Source: a virus (Duplodnaviria > Caudoviricetes). From it: a stretch of DNA of 64,000 nt. Each line of letters starts with the position of its first letter. Position 1 is the first letter of the stretch. The stretch spans positions 224,001 to 288,000 of IMG/VR virus record IMGVR_UViG_3300021978_000001; one strand, 5' to 3'. The notes below the pieces were generated by a model. The model worked only from the letters and a program-made list of their open reading frames with translations, was not told where the DNA came from and searched no databases. Position numbers and translations under genes: made by a program. Below, one piece after another: positions 46,201-54,289 of this stretch.

Positions 46201-47940
46201 ACACTCAGGAACCCTCTGCTCCGCGCTAAGAACTTGCGCGACACCTTGCGCGTGGCACCAATGATCCAAGCGCACTGAATGCACACGCACTCTCACATCA
46301 CAACCATAACGCTTATCGAAGGTCCGAGACGTGCGCAGAGCGAAGACCTCTTCGATGGCGGCTTCCACATAGGACAAAACCTGCTCTTCGTGAGCCGTAA
46401 TGGAGAGTGAGCGTTCTTCACAAAGATAGCCCTCAGAAACCACATAACCAAGCAAGCGCGCGAGTTGCTTCGTCATACGCGTAGGTCGAACCATATCAGA
46501 CGCGCGAGCAGTCACATCTGGCGAAGGATAATCGAGCAATGCCGTCGCATCGTCTCCAAAGCTATAAGAAGAACCACGCACCAATACAACAACATCTTCG
46601 GGACTCAACTCGTCCAAACGACGCCATGCGTGTTGACCCTCCTCGACAACACGTACCGGGTGCTCAGGCGTACCCTCCAGGACAAAGCCACACGAAGTCT
46701 CGATCTTGATTGTATCCGAGACCCCCCCATTATAGATATACGCAGCTTTACGCACGCCGCACGACGTATCGACAGCAACATCGAGGTCATAGGTCTCCTG
46801 GGGCAGTAAATGATCAGGCGCAAGGCTATCAATACGAGCAAAGCCCCATGGTCCTGACACAAGCGTATCTCCCACCACACACTTGCCAGTTCCAGGCAAG
46901 CCCGTCACCAACACCACCGGATGCTCTGCGACCGCCGCGACCGCTTCCCGTTGTTGTTCTGACAAGCTAATGCCCTGGACGCGTTCGTACTCGGAGAGAA
47001 ACGCCTCCATATCCACAGAAGACAAGGGGGAGGGAGCTTCAAGCAACGTCGCGAGGCGCTCTGCCGCCACCGTCTCCGCGTGATAAGCATGGGACAGGTA
47101 AAGCCTCGACCCATCCACCACCACGCGATCACGATTACGCAAATCCGCGACAGCCATCGCGAGGTCATTCATTTCGAGCGCGCGCCCGAAGCCATCGAGA
47201 CCTTCCTGGTGAATGCACCGCCCGAGTTGTTCCTGAAGTTGAGGCAAGGTCAAATACAGATGCCCCTCTGATTGAGACGCGCGCTCAAGCACATATTCGA
47301 TCATCCCCGCGAGCCTTGCATGAGCATCTGGAGCGAGCCCGAGCCCTAACCCGAGGCGATCGGCAAGAACAAAGCCCGCGCCATCGAGTTCCATGAGAGC
47401 GTAAGGATTGGCGCGAAGACGATCCATGGTCGTGGCGCCCCAGGTTTGATACGCCTTTGTTACGAGCGTCTTCGGGAGACCGATGCGCAACAAGTCCACC
47501 GCAATCTGGCGATACTCTCGTTGCTCATTCCAAGCCTGAATCAACTCCTCGCGTGCGCGTTTGCTCAAGCGCTCGACCGTCTCCAGGCGCTCCGGCTCGT
47601 GATCGAGCACATACACCGTATCAGCACCAAAGGCTTCGACCAGGCGACGCGAGAGCACTGGACCAATATGCTTGACGTGCCCCTGGAGATACTCAGCAAG
47701 ACCCTCGACGCTCTCAGGCACAGGGATAGACAAAGCGGTAGCGTTGAATGTCGGCCCCCACTTCGTCTGCTCCCATTGCCCTTCCAACCGAACGAACTGC
47801 CCGGGCGTAGGCTTATCCATCACAAACGTCCCCTTGACCTTCTTGGGGCGCCCGTCAGATGCATCATCAACCGTGAAGATGTAGAAGGCCGAATCCTGAT
47901 CGACATAGATCAGCTTGCCTACGGTCCCTGCCAGTTCCAT
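43255..47940 (-). CDS. RecD2-like SF1B helicase interrupted by two inteins
   Basis: HhH region 'NPYAL', Walker A 'GLPGTGK|TT', 'LVDEFSM', 'GDHAQLPSVGAG', 'IFRQ', 'TIHK|SQGSEF', 'YTAITRA'; exteins total 726 aa. Confidence 0.92.
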   Translation of the reverse strand: MELAGTVGKLIYVDQDSAFYIFTVDDASDGRPKKVKGTFVMDKPTPGQFVRLEGQWEQTKWGPTFNATALSIPVPESVEGLAEYLQGHVKHIGPVLSRRLVEAFGADTVYVLDHEPERLETVERLSKRAREELIQAWNEQREYRQIAVDLLRIGLPKTLVTKAYQTWGATTMDRLRANPYALMELDGAGFVLADRLGLGLGLAPDAHARLAGMIEYVLERASQSEGHLYLTLPQLQEQLGRCIHQEGLDGFGRALEMNDLAMAVADLRNRDRVVVDGSRLYLSHAYHAETVAAERLATLLEAPSPLSSVDMEAFLSEYERVQGISLSEQQREAVAAVAEHPVVLVTGLPGTGKCVVGDTLVSGPWGFARIDSLAPDHLLPQETYDLDVAVDTSCGVRKAAYIYNGGVSDTIKIETSCGFVLEGTPEHPVRVVEEGQHAWRRLDELSPEDVVVLVRGSSYSFGDDATALLDYPSPDVTARASDMVRPTRMTKQLARLLGYVVSEGYLCEERSLSITAHEEQVLSYVEAAIEEVFALRTSRTFDKRYGCDVRVRVHSVRLDHWCHAQGVAQVLSAEQRVPECILRSSRSSVCAFLSALFEGDGAVSEDRYTIEYGSMSETLVRQVQMLLLSLGIVATCHPRSGGSWRLFISGEDYDRFRDEVGFHFTSLPERSLDSNTNMHLLYGIAPVLKRYMQAVRPSKGRDYNLFYRSATGRRQPSRALLDRLLSFGHEDLPVYAELQAFADPKFFYDKVASCERGQGQVYDFHVPGDHEFLSGGFISHNTTISKAIVKLFKEQNLRVELMSPTGIAAKRLSSVVGHSASTIHRALGYRGTEWMHGPNNPLQADAVLVDEFSMVDQSLLYHLLGSLKEGAVLVCVGDHAQLPSVGAGNVLHDMIRSQVIPRVNLTQIFRQEEASGIVLAAHSINQGQEPRRGYKDFQFVSVASERKVVEHIKTLVQRIQEKADRGVTFQVLSPRWAGTLGVTSLNEEIRNVLNPDKGQKAVSVGRGVSWRVGDRVIVMANDYDLGVYNGEQGTIVDIDTSNKEVKVRIRDRHTKVIPIGYKETHKMLKLAFCITIHKCVSPDTWVETPHGLMQIADIPRVGMIATPEGVKEYCNKIELPEREGFRVVSEGGYHVTVTPEHGLDVWDGTAYARKEASDIRKGDFLRYRLGEVVSPQYEAGLPEPDAGDVRERVYSTPSQMSKSFGELLGLLVADGCVHDRGVRLVKRHDDVVERSSELMREFFGVDPVEIETHGTKGWEVSSTFLSRWLRSLGGLAPHSKDIPPCVLQSSLQVQQAFLRGLFADASVHLKEGVFDHICLTQKNARMLDTVQTMLLRMGMASSRKDYPDRLPALYLYSEACQQFAQQVSFPSEFKRARLANVEWPATRRVVVPISADEVEWLWAHHRSAFSSASMRGNGKQRGYWSRGVVENLVSVLGDEAPPWLIERLAWLHVRVEALEPVRFTPMCVEVPDGHRFLQNGCSGWNSQGSEFDYVILPFVPSYGFQLQRNLFYTAITRAKSKVIMLGEWGAVERAVHNNEVTRRNTHFDQRVRALLMDEGDD
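43486..44706 (-). mobile_element. Intein 2 (407 aa) with LAGLIDADG homing endonuclease, atypical W-N terminus
   Basis: Begins C-VSPDT after TIHK, ends SGWN before S; 'LLGLLVADG' and 'FLRGLFADAS'. Confidence 0.9.
45598..46881 (-). mobile_element. Intein 1 (428 aa) with LAGLIDADG homing endonuclease
   Basis: Begins C-VVGDT after GTGK, ends ISHN before T; 'LLGYVVSEG' and 'FLSALFEGDG'. Confidence 0.92.
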
Positions 47941-47943
47941 GCG

Positions 47944-48708
47944 TTACTCCTGTTCTTCGTATTCGTTTTCTTCGTGTTCATCAGCACCCCAAGCCAACAA
48001 GACTCGCGCAAACTTCCCGAGTCTTGTTGTCGTCGCGCGGTCATTAAAGCTGGCGACCAATCCCTCGACCTCATATAAGGTCAAGCCATGAAGCTGATCC
48101 CTGTAGGCACACCAGACTTCCTCGACCATGGGAGGAGATAGAGGCCCACCGAAAGCAGGGACACCCAGGCCCGCAGACTTCAACCACCACAGCATCTCAT
48201 AGCGACTATCCGCCTCGAAGCTGCTTTGTTGCGCCACAAAGATAAGGTCTCGACAGGAGGCAGCCGATGCGCGCTCTTCGAGGAGCAACAGACGTCTGGC
48301 CGCTTCCAATGCAGTCTCACCCGGCCTCATGTGCTTCCAAAACGTGTGCTTCGAGAGCTGCACGCTACCTTCTACCGTGCCCGTAAACATCTCCGCGACT
48401 GTCTCCAGCTCCCGAACCACGCCGCGCACCAACACTGCGTTCGGTAACACATCATGATAAGCGGCCTCACTGGAGGGCTTACGATCTTCCTGGTCTACCC
48501 ACCTGATCTGGAGCTGCGCTCTCTTGAGCGAACCTTCCTCATAGGTTAGACACAGGAGAAGACCCCTCGGGGCTTCCTCCCAACACAAGGGAGATGTGTA
48601 TTCAGGTAGACGGTATCCATGTCCTTCGAGGGTCTTCACCGCCTGGTCTGCCCAAGATAAAAAACCCTCGGGAGATAAGGCCCGAGGGTTTCCAGTGTGA
48701 ATGCTCAT
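47944..48708 (-). CDS. Hypothetical protein
   Basis: Start moved to ATG 48708 (MSIHTG) behind RBS AAGGAGAG. Confidence 0.7.
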   Translation of the reverse strand: MSIHTGNPRALSPEGFLSWADQAVKTLEGHGYRLPEYTSPLCWEEAPRGLLLCLTYEEGSLKRAQLQIRWVDQEDRKPSSEAAYHDVLPNAVLVRGVVRELETVAEMFTGTVEGSVQLSKHTFWKHMRPGETALEAARRLLLLEERASAASCRDLIFVAQQSSFEADSRYEMLWWLKSAGLGVPAFGGPLSPPMVEEVWCAYRDQLHGLTLYEVEGLVASFNDRATTTRLGKFARVLLAWGADEHEENEYEEQE

Positions 48709-48740
48709 GTTTCTCTCCTTTGGGTAACCCAGGAGAGTGT

Positions 48741-48769
48741 AATATACTGGAACGAAGACGTCCAGTAAA
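48741..48769 (-). promoter_or_regulatory. Sigma70-like promoter
   Basis: TTTACT (48769-48764), 17-bp spacer, TATATT (48746-48741). Confidence 0.6.
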
Positions 48770-48770
48770 A

Positions 48771-50015
48771 TCAACGCCTGTAATCAGGATCACGAGCCAG
48801 TTCGAGCACGCGAGACAGCATCTTCTGAAGCTCGCGAGCCTCCGTGCGGAGCTTACGCACCGCAACATCGAAAGAGATACGCATATCCTCGAAATCGCTG
48901 TACACCGCCTGAATAGCGAGCATCGCACGAAGGAAATCACGACGCACCGAAGAGACGAGTTCATCTGACCGGCTCAAGCGGCCAAAGATCTTGTCAAGCG
49001 CTCCCATGGCTTCATCGACATACCCCGCCTGGATACGCGAGTACAAGCCTTCCGAGTCCTGCACGAAGTCATTGATAAAGCCCGTCGTGTCTTCCACAAG
49101 GTCCTTGAGGACACGTTGGTAGGTCGCACTGTTGGCGACGCGAGAAACCATGTTACGCTTGAAGTTGACGACACCCTCAATCCATCCGTAATCCCCACCA
49201 TCGACGAAGATGCTCTTGATGTACTTGGCGTAGGGGCGCAACGCATGCTTGATCTCTTCCCGAAGACCCGCATAAGGATCTTCGTAATCGTCATACCCGC
49301 CGAAGTCATCGTCCTCGAAGTCATCATCCCAGTTATCATCATTGTCAGGACGACTCTCGTGACTCTCTTGACGGAAATCGAAGATCACGTTCCCATCCTC
49401 ACGGTTGATCTGCACCGTGTTGTCGCGGCTATACTCACGACCTCGGGAGATCTTGCGCAAGATCGCCTCGACCTCTGCGTAAACATCCACAGTAAGCTCG
49501 GGCTTTGGCGCGGGCTTTGGAGTAGGGGTAGGCTTCGGGGTAGGCTTCGGCGCAGGTTTTGGCGCGGGCTTGCTCGGGCGTTGCGCCGGATGCGTAAAGT
49601 CATACTCGGCATGAAGCGTCTGAGAGACAGTCTCCCATACTGTCGAGAGATTCCTGAGCTTGACCTTGATCGGGCGTTGACGCCCGGGAGTCATGTACAA
49701 CTCCCAGCCACGATCGAGATGCCCTGCGATGCTCAAGGACATCATCACGCGGTTCCCATCCCCATCCTTGGTCACCAGGTTGCCCATCCATTCGAGCGGC
49801 ATACCCGGCTCATCCATAAAGCCCGTGCGCGTGACCTGCACGCGATGCGGCAACAAGCGATTGAGCCACTTCTCGATGTCTGTCATGGCTGCATCAAGAC
49901 GTTCCATGTCACGCGACATACGCACCGCCATCTTGCGCAGCACTCGACCGAGATGAGGTCGAAGCTCCGGTGTGACGTTACCGAGACGAATGAGTTGCTG
50001 TTTAAGGTCTGTCAT
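48771..50015 (-). CDS. Multidomain hypothetical protein with N-terminal LIRLG..PELR tag and Pro/Lys linker
   Basis: 414 aa; MTDLKQQLIRLGNVTPELRPHLGRVLRKMA; 'KPAPKPAPKPTPKPTPTPKPAPKP'. Confidence 0.8.
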   Translation of the reverse strand: MTDLKQQLIRLGNVTPELRPHLGRVLRKMAVRMSRDMERLDAAMTDIEKWLNRLLPHRVQVTRTGFMDEPGMPLEWMGNLVTKDGDGNRVMMSLSIAGHLDRGWELYMTPGRQRPIKVKLRNLSTVWETVSQTLHAEYDFTHPAQRPSKPAPKPAPKPTPKPTPTPKPAPKPELTVDVYAEVEAILRKISRGREYSRDNTVQINREDGNVIFDFRQESHESRPDNDDNWDDDFEDDDFGGYDDYEDPYAGLREEIKHALRPYAKYIKSIFVDGGDYGWIEGVVNFKRNMVSRVANSATYQRVLKDLVEDTTGFINDFVQDSEGLYSRIQAGYVDEAMGALDKIFGRLSRSDELVSSVRRDFLRAMLAIQAVYSDFEDMRISFDVAVRKLRTEARELQKMLSRVLELARDPDYRR

Positions 50016-50215
50016 GTCTTTTGATGCTCCAATTCGCGGAGATAATGCGCCGCCTGTTCCAAATCGACACAGGTCAAGCGAACGTGCTTGTTCTTGTAAG
50101 GCTGCAACAGCTCATCGAGAGGGACCGACTTGCCTTCGATCTCCAGAAACCAACGTCCCTTGCGGTTACGACGCAGGACCCCTTCCTTGAGCACAGACAG
50201 ATCTTCCACATTCAT
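50012..50215 (-). CDS. Hypothetical protein
   Basis: 67 aa, RBS GGGAG, ATGA-coupled. Confidence 0.65.
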   Translation of the reverse strand: MNVEDLSVLKEGVLRRNRKGRWFLEIEGKSVPLDELLQPYKNKHVRLTCVDLEQAAHYLRELEHQKT

Positions 50216-50226
50216 ACGACACTCCC

Positions 50227-50538
50227 TTACTCGGACCCGCGCAAGCAGGTCTCATGACCGTAACACTGCCCCTGGTGGGCAGCCTCTTCCCGCGCCTTGA
50301 TGACGCTCTTGTAATGACGACACTCCTGCGACTTGGGGTCTTTCTCACAAGAGACACGACCCTCTGTCTGATACCAGATGTCACACGAATGCGTATAGCG
50401 ATGTGGACATTTCTGAGTATGTGCAGAGGTCATACAAGCGCCAGTCCAAATGACCAGGCTCGCGGCCATCAATGCTTCACGTATCACCATGTTCACATCC
50501 AAAGAAAAGAGGGTTGCCATGGCATAGCGCCACAACAA
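50227..50538 (-). CDS. Putative small Cys-rich lipoprotein
   Basis: Hydrophobic stretch 'ALMAASLVIWTGA-C' then several Cys; start uncertain. Confidence 0.45.
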   Translation of the reverse strand: MLWRYAMATLFSLDVNMVIREALMAASLVIWTGACMTSAHTQKCPHRYTHSCDIWYQTEGRVSCEKDPKSQECRHYKSVIKAREEAAHQGQCYGHETCLRGSE

Positions 50539-50569
50539 CCCACTCAGATAAAGGGATTATAGAGCGGAA

Positions 50570-53326
50570 TCAGCCGCAACCGCTATGCCCACAATCGAGA
50601 CACGTCGAGCACCCCGACTGATACACGACGTTGGTCGAGGCGCACGATGGGCAGGACGCGCCAACAGCCTTGGCGCCGTCCTCGATATGCTCGGAGAGGA
50701 ACTTGCGCACTGCCGTGAGGGTGGTCGAGATGTAATCCCCGTCGATGTCCGTGATCGCTGCCACAATCTGAGGCATCCCGATTGCATGACGCAAGGCCAT
50801 AGAGATGATCTTCCCGAGCTTCACGTGATACGCATCCGCATGAATCTTCTCTACTTGCGAAAGCACGAGGTCGTGATCCACGCCCTGGCGCAACAAGAGC
50901 TTCGTCACTTCACGAAACGCGCGATTCATCGTGACGTACTCCCCCTTGGAGTAATCGTTCGAGTGAATCCAGAACGCGATGGGGTTGATCGAATCACACG
51001 GAAGGTAGCTCAGGTGGAAGTAGAACTTCGAGCCCTCGCGCTTGACCTGGTGCGTCGGGCCATTGTTAAAGGCGTCAGGGAGCTTGACCTCGCGAATGAT
51101 CACGCCCTCTTCCGTGATAGCTGCGGTCTCTGGCGTGCACCCGGCATGAATCAATGAAGCCGCCAGGTCACCATACGTCGGAATAAACGCATCCTCCTCT
51201 CCCACCGTCGCAGAAGACTCGACCGCAAGCACCGCTTCCATCGTCCCCGCACGATACGTGGTAAACCCGTTGAGACCACGCTGCCAAGCATTGAGGTAGA
51301 GACCTTTGAAATCCTCGTAAGGATAATCGTTGGGCAAGTTCGCGGTCTTCGACACCGACTGGTTAAGGTGCTCCTGTACCACCGCCTGAACATCCACGTG
51401 CGTCTGGACAGGAAGATCCTGCGCCGTCACGAGGTAGGGCGCTTCATTTTGAATGTCCTCGGGGTAGTGCTCCAATACCCAACCGTAGCCATAATCACGC
51501 ACAGGCTCGATAAAACAAAGGCCCCTGTTGTGTGGCTCGTAGTACCACGTGCGACCCTTGTATTCACCACGCCACGCAGTCGCATCCCCTACCTCGATCT
51601 CATCGAGGTAGCTCTTGACGTTATCCTGGTTCAAACCTTCGGGCCACTTGTCCGTGATCACCGTGCGCTCATAGCCATGCGAGAAAACAGGCTCGATCCC
51701 ATTGCTCACCATATCACAGATCACGCTGGAGTTTCCGAGCGGCGGGTTCGTGGTGGTCTTGAGGTTGCGCACGCCATGCTGCTCCATAAGCGCACGAACA
51801 TCCGCATCAAGATCTGCAAACTCGGTATACCAGGGCGTCTGGAAAAACGCTTCACGATCAAACGCGGGCGCAGGGCCACGCTCTTGCGCAAGCAACGCAG
51901 AGGACTTCCAGGTGAGATTCTCCTTGAGACGATTGATGCGCTTGACAAAAGCGAGAGAATCTTCACTGCCGTAAGTGAGACCGAGCATATAGTGCGCAGA
52001 TCCCAGCCCATTGACACCCATGCCGTACTGACGCACGTTTTCGAGCGCCCACTGGTACTCAGGCAGAGGAACGTTTCCAATGTCGTTGACGTTTTCGAGC
52101 ATGCGCGCGAACGTTTGGATGTCCTGCGCATAGAGATCCCAATCGAAGGTGCGATCAGCTCGCACGTACCTCGGGAGATTGAGCGACCCCAACAAGCACA
52201 CGGTGGTCGTGTAAGGGTTTCCACCAATCTCACCGCAGGGGTTGGTCGCGTTGTTGCGCCCCATATACACGATCGGATTCGCACGATTCATGTTCCCTTC
52301 AAAGAGAACCCCCGGCTCATTGCGCGTGTACGTCGAGGACATGATCAACTCGTAGAGGTCACGCGCGACCACGCGCTTGTAGGTCACGCCCTCGAAATGC
52401 AAATCGTACATTTCATCTGCGATCACCGCTTCCATAAACGCGTCATCCACAACCACGCTCATGTTGAACTTCGTCAGGCGACCCTTGGTCTGCTTGGCGC
52501 GGACGAACTCCTCGATGTCCGGGTGCCACACGCTCAAGCAACCCATCTGCGCGCCCTTGCGAGGCATCGCCTTCTCCAGCTCATCGAACATGCGCTCGCT
52601 TTGCGGGAGATGGTTGGTGATCGTATCCACATAACCATCCGTGTCGCCACGCACGATCATGTCCGCGACCTTATCCCAGACTTCCATGTACGCGATCACG
52701 CCGGGGTGACGCACACCCGTTCCCTTGATGAGAGAACCACGCGGACGGATGAAGTCGAAGTTGACCCCATACCCGCCCTCGTTCGCGAGCGTCTTCGCCT
52801 GCGCCGCCAAGCCCACCATGATGTTGAGCAAGTCATCCGCAGTATCCGAAGCCCCAGAAAGTGTCACTGGGATCTCGTGCAAACCATCAGGAGTGCGCTT
52901 TGTGTAGGAGACCTCCGCACCCTTGACACCCCCCTGGATGAAACAGTTGAGAAGAGTCGCGCCCTTGAACGCCGTTCCTGCATTCGCCGTGATCCGACCC
53001 CCGGTCGTAGCCTTCAAACCGATAGCACGCCACAGCACGCCTTGGGGATCGAGATACCAATCCTCGGGTACGCCATCATTTGCCCGGTACATCTCCATCT
53101 GCTGGAGCGCATCGACACCATCCGCCAGGCGCTCGAACTGCACCAGGACTTTCAAGAAGCGGTCACCCCACTCCGTGATCTGCTCATCAGAAGCACCATA
53201 CTTCGCTTCGACTTCCGCGAGCGCGAACGCTACACGCTTGAACGTCTCCAGGGACGTTTCACCATCATACTGGTATTTCGTTGCCCAGTTCTCGCGGGCA
53301 AGGGAGGTGGAAAAAATCATCGTCAC
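50570..53326 (-). CDS. nrdJ: Ribonucleotide reductase, class II (B12-dependent) type
   Basis: 'GGRITANAG..LLNCF', 'GGYGVNFDFIRPRG', 'RKGAQM', 'NPCGE', 'CLLGSLNL', C-terminal Zn ribbon 'CPSC...SGCSTCLDCGHSGC'; no NrdB in window. Confidence 0.85.
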   Translation of the reverse strand: MTMIFSTSLARENWATKYQYDGETSLETFKRVAFALAEVEAKYGASDEQITEWGDRFLKVLVQFERLADGVDALQQMEMYRANDGVPEDWYLDPQGVLWRAIGLKATTGGRITANAGTAFKGATLLNCFIQGGVKGAEVSYTKRTPDGLHEIPVTLSGASDTADDLLNIMVGLAAQAKTLANEGGYGVNFDFIRPRGSLIKGTGVRHPGVIAYMEVWDKVADMIVRGDTDGYVDTITNHLPQSERMFDELEKAMPRKGAQMGCLSVWHPDIEEFVRAKQTKGRLTKFNMSVVVDDAFMEAVIADEMYDLHFEGVTYKRVVARDLYELIMSSTYTRNEPGVLFEGNMNRANPIVYMGRNNATNPCGEIGGNPYTTTVCLLGSLNLPRYVRADRTFDWDLYAQDIQTFARMLENVNDIGNVPLPEYQWALENVRQYGMGVNGLGSAHYMLGLTYGSEDSLAFVKRINRLKENLTWKSSALLAQERGPAPAFDREAFFQTPWYTEFADLDADVRALMEQHGVRNLKTTTNPPLGNSSVICDMVSNGIEPVFSHGYERTVITDKWPEGLNQDNVKSYLDEIEVGDATAWRGEYKGRTWYYEPHNRGLCFIEPVRDYGYGWVLEHYPEDIQNEAPYLVTAQDLPVQTHVDVQAVVQEHLNQSVSKTANLPNDYPYEDFKGLYLNAWQRGLNGFTTYRAGTMEAVLAVESSATVGEEDAFIPTYGDLAASLIHAGCTPETAAITEEGVIIREVKLPDAFNNGPTHQVKREGSKFYFHLSYLPCDSINPIAFWIHSNDYSKGEYVTMNRAFREVTKLLLRQGVDHDLVLSQVEKIHADAYHVKLGKIISMALRHAIGMPQIVAAITDIDGDYISTTLTAVRKFLSEHIEDGAKAVGASCPSCASTNVVYQSGCSTCLDCGHSGCG

Positions 53327-54289
53327 TTATCCTCGGGTTTCGGTTTGGTCTTGGTACATGAAAAGGTGAAGGCGCTGATCAGCGGGGCCTCCTGTTTTGG
53401 CCGCCGCTTCGATCTCACACAGCTCGATGTAAGCCTTACGCAAGCTCACGACATCCCAAGCTGCTCCTTGCGAGGTCAACGTCTCCCAGGTCTTTCCCTT
53501 GACTCCCAACATCTTCGAGATCTCACCATCGCTCATCCCGACCTTGTGCGCCGAGACATATGTCAAGAGCTGCTGACAGCGCTTGAGCAATAGCGTGATC
53601 ACGGGCAACAACGCCCACGCATCTTTGGTTTGATGCAAGTACAAGGTGAGCATGCGATCCGCTTGAACGCTCTTGCGCGCTGCCCAGGCATCTACAATCA
53701 GCCAGGGCTTCAAACTTTCATGCTGCACCAACAAGCGCGTCAAGTCTGACGCCTCGATAACCTTGCGTTTATCCATCAGAACAAACGCCTTGGTCAATTC
53801 ACTCGTCAAGGCATAGGGGTCCTCCCCCACGTTCTGGACCAACGCTTGCGCCAGGTGTATCGCGAGGTCATACCCCTGATTCCTGGCCCAAAGCACGACC
53901 CAATCCGAGATCTCCCATGGTTTGGGCGCCGGGAAGGTCTCCTGCTCATTGAACTGAAGACCTCGATACCAGGACGCCACACGACCAGAAGAGACCAACA
54001 CGAGGACCGTATCCGTCAAGCCGCCTTTCTCACAATACTTCTGCAACATCGTTTGGTAAGCGCCCTGGAGCTTGTTCGCCTCCCAGAGCACGATAAGCCT
54101 TGGAGGCGAGAACAAGGGGACCGCGAATAAGGCTCCCTGGATTTCCGCCGCCTGTGTGGGCGTGAAGTCAAGCCGTGTGTGATCAGGGAGAAAGCGCTCC
54201 GCTCGATCGACCTCCGCCTTGACATCGAAGTCAAAACCATCGAGACGCACGATGGCCGGGCAATGTTTCCAAGCCACGGTCATCGACAC
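53327..54289 (-). CDS. holA: DNA polymerase III delta subunit
   Basis: 'PLFSPPRLIVL', 'ISDWV...A...G', 'LVQNVGEDPYALTSELTK'; about 320 aa; next to holB. Confidence 0.75.
   Translation of the reverse strand: MSMTVAWKHCPAIVRLDGFDFDVKAEVDRAERFLPDHTRLDFTPTQAAEIQGALFAVPLFSPPRLIVLWEANKLQGAYQTMLQKYCEKGGLTDTVLVLVSSGRVASWYRGLQFNEQETFPAPKPWEISDWVVLWARNQGYDLAIHLAQALVQNVGEDPYALTSELTKAFVLMDKRKVIEASDLTRLLVQHESLKPWLIVDAWAARKSVQADRMLTLYLHQTKDAWALLPVITLLLKRCQQLLTYVSAHKVGMSDGEISKMLGVKGKTWETLTSQGAAWDVVSLRKAYIELCEIEAAAKTGGPADQRLHLFMYQDQTETRG

Noticed and set aside
48662-48691. Hairpin AAACCCTCGGG/CCCGAGGGTTT
   Set aside because: Lies inside the 5' coding region of 47944-48708; a regulatory role cannot be supported from sequence alone
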